Part shown: positions 1 to 6,513 of the stretch, piece by piece
Position numbering within the stretch: the first letter of the stretch is position 1
Layout: the number at the start of each line of letters is the position of its first letter
From: Candidatus Nanohaloarchaea archaeon
GTDB taxonomy: Archaea; Nanohalarchaeota; Nanosalinia; Nanosalinales; Nanosalinaceae
DNA: 19,281 nucleotides
Assembly (NCBI GenBank): GCA_042218325.1
Contig: JBDGRE010000015.1
Coordinates: 6,110 to 25,390 of the forward strand
Direction of reading: 5' to 3'
Position numbers and translations under genes: made by a program
Notes under the pieces: model-generated
The model's database searches: none
The model's input: only the letters and a program-made list of their open reading frames with translations
What the model was told of the DNA's origin: nothing

Positions 1-38
1 GACCCTTCCGTGTACCCGAAGCGGTGGAAACAGAACGG

Positions 39-46
39 TTAAAAAG
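39..46 (+). promoter_or_regulatory. TATA box (TTAAAAAG) of the tRNA locus
   Basis: AT-rich box preceded by purine-rich BRE-like sequence. Spacing predicts a start at ~68-71, i.e. at the duplicated tRNA 5' fragment rather than at the intact tRNA (127). Confidence 0.65.
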
Positions 47-70
47 AGTTGCGAGCGATTCCCCGATTGC

Positions 71-118
71 GGGCCGGTAGCTCAGTGCGAAGCTGACGCT
101 TCCTATCTGACCGACCGG
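71..118 (+). repeat. Duplicated tRNA-Lys 5' end followed by a hairpin and an imperfect inverted copy
   Basis: 71-86 GGGCCGGTAGCTCAGT is identical to 127-142. Hairpin GAAGC-TGAC-GCTTC at 89-102. 107-118 CTGACCGACCGG is a 10/12 reverse complement of 74-85. Confidence 0.9.
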
Positions 119-126
119 TAGAACAT

Positions 127-281
127 GGGCCGGTAGCTCAGTCTGGCAGAGCGCTTGGCTCTTAAGCGAACTTTCACGCGAAGTCTCGATCACGCGGGAA
201 CGCCCTCCACTTCGTTCCAGCGTCCTTCAAAAGTTCGTCGGAGTTACCAAGTGGTCGCGGGTTCAAATCCCGTCTGGCCCA
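127..281 (+). tRNA. tRNA-Lys(CTT) with an 81-nt intron at canonical position 37/38
   Basis: Acceptor GGGCCGG/CTGGCCC, D-stem GCTC/GAGC, anticodon stem CTTGG(154-158)/CCAAG(247-251), anticodon CTT at 161-163, T-arm GCGGG-TTCAAAT-CCCGT, discriminator A281. CCA is not encoded. Confidence 0.95.
165..245 (+). other. Archaeal tRNA intron with bulge-helix-bulge motif
   Basis: Central helix CTCT(159-162)/GGAG(240-243), 3-nt bulges TAA(163-165) and TTA(244-246), intron stem GCGAACTTT(166-174)/AAAGTTCGT(230-238). Confidence 0.9.
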
Positions 282-343
282 TCTCTTCGAAGATTCAGTG
301 AATCTTCTGCAAGAAGCTCAAGTCTTGAGCTTCTTCGAGATGG
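279..343 (+). repeat. Compound palindromic element (three-way junction) overlapping the tRNA 3' end
   Basis: CCATCTC(279-285)/GAGATGG(337-343) encloses the perfect hairpins GAAGATTC-AGT-GAATCTTC (289-307) and AAGAAGCTCAA-GTC-TTGAGCTTCTT (311-335). Confidence 0.9.
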
Positions 344-345
344 TT

Positions 346-407
346 GAGCCGGTATTTGGTCGCAGAAGATTTTTACATCTTCGAGTTCAAATCCCGTATG
401 GCCCATC
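346..407 (+). pseudogene. Degenerate tRNA-Lys-derived fragment (acceptor and T-arm, no D or anticodon arm, hairpin insert in the T-stem)
   Basis: GAGCCGGTA (346-354) is an 8/9 match to the tRNA 5' end. TGGTCGC (357-363) equals 252-258. A 19-nt insert (364-382) holds a GAAGAT/ATCTTC stem. 383-407 is 23/25 identical to 259-283. Confidence 0.75.
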
Positions 408-410
408 CCG

Positions 411-893
411 ATGGTAGAGCTTTTCACTGCTGCAGCGATTCTACTGCTGGTGCTGGCGATCGCGGGCAGCTTCACTCCGATGGTTCCCGGCGCGCTGCTG
501 TCGATAATCGGGCTCGGGGTCTACTGGTACGGCACCGGGTTCACAAGACCCGATGCCTGGTTCCTGGTCGCTTTCACGTTGACCGGGCTTCTCGCGGTCG
601 CGACCGACTACCTCTCCGGTATCATCGCGGCAAAGATGGGCGGCGCGACCACACGGAACTCCGCGATAGCTGGCGTTGTCGGCTTCCTGCTGTTCCTTGT
701 CCTCGGACCGCTGGGGATACTTCTCGGAGTCGCGGGGACAGTTCTGGCGCTGGAGTACCGCAGGACCGCTGACTCCATGGGAAGCATAAAGGCCGCGGGC
801 TACGCCTCGATAGGTGTTCTCGGCTCAACCGCAGTACAGTTCGTGATAACTGTCTCTCTTCTGCTGGCATTCATGATCGCGCTGCTGGTGTAG
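411..893 (+). CDS. DUF456-like integral membrane protein (160 aa)
   Basis: Multiple hydrophobic helices with motifs P(M)VPG, 'DYLSGIIAAKMGG' and 'LGPLGILLG', as recalled for DUF456/YqgC proteins. Confidence 0.75.
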   Translation: MVELFTAAAILLLVLAIAGSFTPMVPGALLSIIGLGVYWYGTGFTRPDAWFLVAFTLTGLLAVATDYLSGIIAAKMGGATTRNSAIAGVVGFLLFLVLGPLGILLGVAGTVLALEYRRTADSMGSIKAAGYASIGVLGSTAVQFVITVSLLLAFMIALLV

Positions 894-906
894 ATGCCGT
901 ATACGA

Positions 907-940
907 TTTAAATGTAGGTTCTATTTCCGAACTGAGGTGA
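907..940 (+). promoter_or_regulatory. TATA box (TTTAAA) and Shine-Dalgarno (GAGGTGA) for the TIP49 gene
   Basis: TTTAAA at 907-912; GAGGTGA at 934-940, 6 nt before ATG 947. Confidence 0.7.
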
Positions 941-946
941 ACTGGA

Positions 947-2284
947 ATGGTAGAGATAGAGGAGATATCGGAAGAGGTCGACTTTGAACGCGTGGGAGCA
1001 CACTCACACATAACAGGTCTTGGACTTGACGAAAACGGTAAAGCACCGGAAAAAGACGACGGGCTCGTCGGCCAGCAAAAAGCCAGAGAATCCGCGGGCC
1101 ACGTGGTAAACCTTGCGAAGAAAGGTAAGCTCGCCGGTAGAGCCGTACTGTTCGCGGGTCCGCCCGGAACTGGCAAGACGGCACTCGCGGTCGGCATGGC
1201 GAACGAACTCGGGAACGACATACCTTTCGTCCAGCTGACCGGCTCGGAGATCTTCTCCGCGGACAAGGACAAGACCGAGGTGCTCCGCGAGAAGCTCCGG
1301 AGAGCTCTCGGTGTCAAGCTGGAGGAAACGCGCGAGGTCTACGAGGGCAAGGTAAACGATATCGACATCGAGCAGGGCCAGGGCATGAACCCAATGGCAC
1401 AGGGCGCCATGGAGGCCAGCGTGACCCTGGAGACCGAGGGCGACCAGCGTAACCTCCGGCTCGGCAGGAAAGTGGCGAGCCAGCTCCAGCAGGAGAATAT
1501 CACGCGAGGCGACGTCATCCGCATCGACTCCGAGTCCGACCAGGTACAGCGGTTAGGAAAAGCGAGGAAAGACTGGGAGGATACCGCGGATGAAAGCGTG
1601 GCGGATCTCGTGCCGACGCCCTCGGGTAAAGTCCAGCAGGAGCGCGACTTCACCCATACACTTACTCTCCACCACCTCGACAAGGTGAACGCCCGGCGCT
1701 CAGGTGGAGGCCTCGCCGCCATGCTCGGGGACTCGGGAGGAATCGACGAGGACGTCCGGGACGCGGTGAACGACCATGTGAAGCAGTGGATCGAGGAAGG
1801 CAAGGGCGAGCTGATGCCTGGTGTCATGTTCATCGACGAGGTCCACATGCTGGACATAGAGGCCATCTCGTTCCTGAACCGTGCGATGGAGCGCGAGTTC
1901 TCACCCATTATCGTCATGGCCTCCAACCGCGGCAAGACCAAGATCCGGGGCACCGACCTCGAATCCCCGCACGGACTGCCGCTCGACCTTCTCGACCGGT
2001 TGCTCATCATCGAGACGAAACCTTATAGCGAGGACGAAATCCAAGAAATCGTCCGCATCCGGGCGGGCAACGAAGACATGAAGATCAGCGATGCAGCGGT
2101 CGAAAAGCTGGCAAAAATCGGCGAGGACACCTCGCTCCGGTACGCCTCACAGCTGATAGCGCCGGCAGACGACATAGCCGGCGAGGACAGTATAGCCGAG
2201 GAGCACGTCGAGGAGGCCAGCGAGCTGTTCATCGACGTCGAACGGTCGACGGAGCGGCTGGAAAACGAGGACCGGATGCTTTAG
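947..2284 (+). CDS. tip49: TIP49/RuvB-like (RUVBL1/2 family) AAA+ ATPase
   Basis: HSHITGLGL N-terminal motif, Walker A GPPGTGKT, Walker B FIDEVHMLD, MASNRG sensor, SPHGLPLDLLDR arginine finger, TSLRYA. Confidence 0.95.
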   Translation: MVEIEEISEEVDFERVGAHSHITGLGLDENGKAPEKDDGLVGQQKARESAGHVVNLAKKGKLAGRAVLFAGPPGTGKTALAVGMANELGNDIPFVQLTGSEIFSADKDKTEVLREKLRRALGVKLEETREVYEGKVNDIDIEQGQGMNPMAQGAMEASVTLETEGDQRNLRLGRKVASQLQQENITRGDVIRIDSESDQVQRLGKARKDWEDTADESVADLVPTPSGKVQQERDFTHTLTLHHLDKVNARRSGGGLAAMLGDSGGIDEDVRDAVNDHVKQWIEEGKGELMPGVMFIDEVHMLDIEAISFLNRAMEREFSPIIVMASNRGKTKIRGTDLESPHGLPLDLLDRLLIIETKPYSEDEIQEIVRIRAGNEDMKISDAAVEKLAKIGEDTSLRYASQLIAPADDIAGEDSIAEEHVEEASELFIDVERSTERLENEDRML

Positions 2285-2378
2285 CCGGTCCTCCGTAATC
2301 CTCGTCCAGAAAAACCTGATGAAATAGTCTTACCATTAGTTGGTTTCTCCAACATTTAAGTTTTCGGACAGCTTGATA

Positions 2379-2694
2379 ATGCCGCAGCGCCAAACATTTC
2401 TCCCAGGGGATACCTCTGGGAGCACAGGCTCAAACCAAGACGAGGAATGAAGAAAACTTCTCAAAACCTGAGATACCCTCCGATGTAGAAGATGCCGGAT
2501 GGGAGCAAGAAAAGGCGTACCTCGCCATACAGGCCTTTCGGTGGTACTCGGACGAAGGCTTTCTCTATGTCGAGCACCGGCCGGATAACGAGACTGAATA
2601 CGAGCTGAAGTACCTCGAAGGCCGGTTCAATCCTGAAACACTGGCGGAAGGCCAGGAAGATGTTGCAAAAGCAGTCAACAGGATCCTCGGTTAG
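2379..2694 (+). pseudogene. Small acidic hypothetical protein split by an apparent 1-nt insertion (or a sequencing error)
   Basis: TATA-like TTTAAG at 2355-2360. ATG 2379 reads MPQRQTFLPGDTSGSTGSNQDEE then TGA 2448-2450. The +1 frame is open to TAG 2692-2694 and encodes EENFSKPEIPSDVEDAGWEQEKAYLAIQAFRWYSDEGFLYVEH...VNRILG, matching the acidic host proteome. Confidence 0.6.
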
Positions 2695-4610
2695 CCCGGG
2701 AAACCGGTTACTACAGTCTCGTACTCTCCGCCCTCGCCCGCGGCGTTAAAGCCGTACTCCCGGGATAGCTCTATCAGCTCCTCGACGGATTCGTCATCGA
2801 GGGTCCGTCCTGTCCAGCTATCGTCCAGGCCGCGGGCCGCCACCTCCGTTATCTCTACCTCGAAGCCCTCGCGGACGAGCCATCGCAGGTAGCTCTCCTG
2901 GTCCGTCATCCACAGCGGCGCGAACGCCTTCAATCCGAGCTTCTCAGCAACTTTCTCGACGCGGTCACGCTGGTAGGTCGAGGCGATGGCACCCGCCACT
3001 ACGCCCTCTACACCGTACTTCTCTTTTGCCACCCGCAGCCCTTCTTCCAGGTCTTCCAGCTCGGCCTCTTTCTTACCCTGCGTTTCACGGACCACAAGAG
3101 GGATCCCGAGTTCTCCTGCCTGCTCTTCGACTACAGTTCTCTGCTTCGAGTCGAACATGTAGCTATCAGGATTTTCCGACTGCAGGTTTACCAGGCACTC
3201 TATGTGCGAGTTCCGGCGCTGCATCCTGTAGAGCGCGGCGTTCGAATCCTTGCCGCCGGATGTCAGCGCCGCCAGGCAGTGGTTCGGCTCGTCGCGGAAC
3301 GAGTTCAGGTATCCCTGTTTGGAGTCGAAGCCGCTGTCTTTCGCGAGCCTGGAAAGCGCCTTGTCGAAGTTGCTACCGTACTGGGCCGCGGTCTTCTTCC
3401 GCCACGCCACCTTTTCCGGGACACCTATCTTCTCGGCGGCCTTCCTCAGCACGAGCTTCCGGTGCTGGTCCGACACCTTGAACTCTCCGGGAACAGTGAG
3501 TGCGTGCTCAACCAGTTCGTGGTCGAGGAACGGCAGCCTGAGTTCGTAGCCGTTCCTCATCGCTACCACGTCGTCGCGGTACAGGTCCCGGTGGAACAGG
3601 GAGCGGAGGCCGGAGAGACACTCCTGATTGAGCGCGCCCTGCTTCTGGCGGGAGTACCCGGCGTAGAGCTGCTCCGAGCCGAGGCCCGAGAAAACTACCT
3701 GCTCGCTGCCGTTCAGTGCCAGGTGGAAGGGTAGCGCCACTCCTATCTTGACCGGGCTGGGCGACGATACCCAGTCCACCAGTTCAGGGATGGTTCCCTC
3801 GACCTCATCCAACGTCGCCGTGTAGGACTCGAGTTCGAGCCCCATCTCCTCCGCGACTTCCTCCGCCCATTCAACATCCCGTGGCGCGTCGACGTTGCCG
3901 TGCTGGATACCGGCAGTGTAGCATGTGAATTCGACATCGAGCCCCTGTAAGGCGGCGGCGACCATCGTGGAGTCGACGCCACCAGAGAACAGCAGCGCGA
4001 CCTCGCCCTCCGGCACCCGCTTCTCAACAGCGTCCAGGAACCGGTCCTTGATCTTTTCCACCGCCTCTCCTATATCTTTTTCGCTTTCGTCGATATCAAA
4101 GAATTCACGCTGCTCGAACTCGAGCTCGTTCTCTTCGATATCATACCTCAGTACCTGTCGGGGATGCAGCTCCTGGGCCTCGAGACCTTCTTTTTCCAGC
4201 GCCTGTTTCTCGGAGGCGAACGCGAAGGGCTCACGGGAGTAGTATACCGGCTTGACACCGAGCAGGTCCCGGGCCAGTATGACCTCGTTTCCATGGACGT
4301 ATGCGAACGCGTAGACGCCGTCGAGATCCTGAAGCGCATCGACTCCTTTCCTGTCCAGTAGCTCAAGCAGCAGCTCGGCGTCGTTCTCCGCCTCTATCTC
4401 GTATCTGGCGGCGAGCTCCTGCCAGGTGTATATCTCGCAGTTCGCGACCAGCTTACCCTCTCCTTCCAGCGGCTGCTCGACGTGGCCCACGACCGGGTGG
4501 AGCACATGGCCGAGCGGCATATCTCCGTCAGCTGATGCAAAGGATTCGCCGCGGTGTCTTAGATGCTCGATGAGCACCTCAGCTTTTTCTCCGCCTGCTA
4601 TGCCGCACAT
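2691..4610 (-). CDS. Fusion of glutamine-hydrolysing asparagine synthetase-like (Ntn + PP-loop) domains with a C-terminal diphthine--ammonia ligase (Dph6) domain
   Basis: N-terminal MCGIAG (Ntn Cys), ARDLLGVKPVYY, SGGVDS, SGLGSEQLYAGY, RLPFLD, RKKTAAQYGS; then a second PP-loop SGGKDS, SYMF, GAIASTYQRDR, PLW and GEGGEYET. Confidence 0.9.
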   Translation of the reverse strand: MCGIAGGEKAEVLIEHLRHRGESFASADGDMPLGHVLHPVVGHVEQPLEGEGKLVANCEIYTWQELAARYEIEAENDAELLLELLDRKGVDALQDLDGVYAFAYVHGNEVILARDLLGVKPVYYSREPFAFASEKQALEKEGLEAQELHPRQVLRYDIEENELEFEQREFFDIDESEKDIGEAVEKIKDRFLDAVEKRVPEGEVALLFSGGVDSTMVAAALQGLDVEFTCYTAGIQHGNVDAPRDVEWAEEVAEEMGLELESYTATLDEVEGTIPELVDWVSSPSPVKIGVALPFHLALNGSEQVVFSGLGSEQLYAGYSRQKQGALNQECLSGLRSLFHRDLYRDDVVAMRNGYELRLPFLDHELVEHALTVPGEFKVSDQHRKLVLRKAAEKIGVPEKVAWRKKTAAQYGSNFDKALSRLAKDSGFDSKQGYLNSFRDEPNHCLAALTSGGKDSNAALYRMQRRNSHIECLVNLQSENPDSYMFDSKQRTVVEEQAGELGIPLVVRETQGKKEAELEDLEEGLRVAKEKYGVEGVVAGAIASTYQRDRVEKVAEKLGLKAFAPLWMTDQESYLRWLVREGFEVEITEVAARGLDDSWTGRTLDDESVEELIELSREYGFNAAGEGGEYETVVTGFPG

Positions 4611-4643
4611 GCGGGAAGAACCTCATCCAAGCTTTTTATCGGG

Positions 4644-5432
4644 CTACTCTACACTGTAGTCGGCGCCGAAGTCGCTTATCTCCTTCTGGCCGCGGTCTAT
4701 CGACTCGTAGCTGGCGATGACGTCCTCCATCTCGACCTCGACGAACTCCAGGCCCCGGTCCTGTAGATATTCAAGGACTTTCTCCGTCATCTTCGGCGCC
4801 ACGAGGATGCCGCGGACGTTCCCGGAGAACTCGTCCTCTATCTCCTTTACGTAGCGTTGCAGCTGGAGCACCGTGTTATAGTCAGGGTTGCGCTTGACTT
4901 CGATGACGACGTAGTCATCGTCCTCGTCCCGGGCGAAGACATCTATGAAGCCCGCGGGCGTCTCTCGCTCCCGCTCGATGACCTTCAGCCCTTCTTCCAC
5001 TATCTCCGGTTCATCCTCGATCGATTCGTGGATGTCGACCTCGTGGCCGCGTATCTTCAACTCCGACTTGTCCACCATCTTGGAAACAGTTACAAGGTCG
5101 AGCGACTCGAAACGTATCTCCACAAGCTCCTCGGGGTTCGTCCTTCTGGCGGCCAGCACCAGTTCCTCGTTCTCCCCGTCCACCTCGACGTCGTAGCTGT
5201 CGACCTCGGGCTGCCAGTTCTTGGGCTGGTAGTTCTCCGGGCCGTGGACCAGTAAAGCTGAGTCCTGCTTCTTGATGACGATGCGCTCACCCCTGTCCAG
5301 CTTCGACTTCGCGCGGCCCTGGTAGTTGACCGAACAGAGCCCGTTTAACTGGAGAGTGTAGGCCCGGGAAACGTACTCCTCGATGATGTCTTTCGCGCGG
5401 GAGAAATCCGGGTTTTCGACCAGTTCTTCCAT
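4644..5432 (-). CDS. nucS: Endonuclease NucS/EndoMS
   Basis: CSVNYQGRAKSKL, IKKQDSALLVH, PKNWQP, GFIDV...IEVKR, QLQRY, VRGILVAP, and a C-terminal PIP-box-like QKEISDF. Confidence 0.95.
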   Translation of the reverse strand: MEELVENPDFSRAKDIIEEYVSRAYTLQLNGLCSVNYQGRAKSKLDRGERIVIKKQDSALLVHGPENYQPKNWQPEVDSYDVEVDGENEELVLAARRTNPEELVEIRFESLDLVTVSKMVDKSELKIRGHEVDIHESIEDEPEIVEEGLKVIERERETPAGFIDVFARDEDDDYVVIEVKRNPDYNTVLQLQRYVKEIEDEFSGNVRGILVAPKMTEKVLEYLQDRGLEFVEVEMEDVIASYESIDRGQKEISDFGADYSVE

Positions 5433-5500
5433 AATCCTGGGACGAAGCTGAAGTTTTTAGCTGTAACCTTTAATTTACCGCAGGTCTTAAACAACAAAAC
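5433..5500. promoter_or_regulatory. Divergent promoter region for nucS and radC
   Basis: 68-bp AT-rich gap. TTTAATTT at 5469-5476 lies ~25 nt before radC; minus-strand CTAAAAAC at ~5453-5460 lies before nucS. Confidence 0.55.
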
Positions 5501-6172
5501 ATGGATTACACGATAAAAGAACTACCAGAACAGGAGCGGCCGCGGGAAAAGCTCGAGCAGCGCGGCGCTTCTTCTCTCACAGAGGTCGAGCTGCTTTCGC
5601 TGGTCCTGAGAACTGGTATACCCGGGAAAAACGTGAAGGAGCTGTCGGGCGAGATACTGTCCGAGCACTCGCTGGCAGACCTCGGCAACCGCGAACCTGG
5701 TGAGCTGGAGGATTTCGACGGTATCTCGTCGGTGAAGGCAGGCCAGCTCGTCGCTGTCGGCGAGCTTGCCAGGAGGATGCAGGTGGAGGAGCGAGGCCGC
5801 ATCGAGAGTTTTTCAGACGTTAGGGGGCAGGTGGAGGACATGAAGTATCTTGACCGGGAAAGATTGCGGGTGTTCTACCTTTCCTCCGGAAACGAGGTGC
5901 TCGGGAAGAAGGAGTTCAACGGCGGCGTGGACTCGGTGAAGGTCGGGCCCCGGGAGATCCTGGGGCAGGCAGTGAAGGATGACGCCTCGGCAGTAGTACT
6001 GGCGCACAATCACCCCTCGAAAAAGCCGGAGGCCACACCCGCGGATATCAAGTTCACCGAGCAGCTAATCGGGGCCGCGGAAAGCCTCGGTATAGATGTG
6101 CTCGACCACGTCATAGTAGGCGAAACTACATCCAGTATGAGAGGCTCTGGCGCCGTAGATTTCCTGTCATAG
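5501..6172 (+). CDS. radC: RadC-family protein (HhH + JAB/MPN domain)
   Basis: ERPREKL, ELLSLVLRTG, HhH-like GISSVKA, and the JAB motif LAHNHPS...D...VLDHVIVG. Confidence 0.93.
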   Translation: MDYTIKELPEQERPREKLEQRGASSLTEVELLSLVLRTGIPGKNVKELSGEILSEHSLADLGNREPGELEDFDGISSVKAGQLVAVGELARRMQVEERGRIESFSDVRGQVEDMKYLDRERLRVFYLSSGNEVLGKKEFNGGVDSVKVGPREILGQAVKDDASAVVLAHNHPSKKPEATPADIKFTEQLIGAAESLGIDVLDHVIVGETTSSMRGSGAVDFLS

Positions 6173-6211
6173 ATACTCCTTTAATATCTTTCGGACATAC
6201 CGCACCACCTA

Positions 6212-6218
6212 TTTAAAG
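6212..6218 (+). promoter_or_regulatory. TATA box of the RNAP operon
   Basis: TTTAAAG ~45 nt upstream of the rpoH ATG. Confidence 0.55.
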
Positions 6219-6263
6219 GTTACGAGAGTTTGGATAGGTGTAGCTTCTCTGACAAGGGATATC

Positions 6264-6503
6264 ATGGCCATCGACATCACCGACCACGAAGCAGTTCCGG
6301 ATCACAGGATACTTGACGAAGACGAGGCCAGCGAGGTTCTCGAGAAGTACGGAGCGGAGAAGGACGATTTACCGAAGATAGAGCGCACCGACGCGGCGCT
6401 GAAGCAGGACGACCCGGAGGTCGGCGACGTCGTGGAGATTCACAGAGATTCCCCGACCGCGGGCAAAACCACATATTACAGAGTTGTGATAGAGCCCCAG
6501 TAA
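6264..6503 (+). CDS. rpoH: DNA-directed RNA polymerase subunit Rpo5 (H)
   Basis: HEAVPDHRIL, LPKIERTD, GDVVEIHRDSPTAG..YYRVV; first gene of the operon. Confidence 0.97.
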   Translation: MAIDITDHEAVPDHRILDEDEASEVLEKYGAEKDDLPKIERTDAALKQDDPEVGDVVEIHRDSPTAGKTTYYRVVIEPQ

Positions 6504-6513
6504 GTGATAACAA

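Noticed and set aside
71-407. CRISPR array or intact integrated element at the tRNA
   Set aside because: The repeats are tRNA-derived and not regularly spaced. Only ~100 bp separate the two 3' copies and there is no integrase or cas gene. A deleted-element scar remains possible.
263-772. ORFs 263-475 (-) and 344-772 (+)
   Set aside because: They overlap the tRNA, the hairpins and the better-supported DUF456 frame, and their composition is unlike the host proteome.
2317-2376. Possible C/D box sRNA (TGATGA at 2317-2322, small hairpin at 2339-2353)
   Set aside because: No CTGA D box at a suitable distance.
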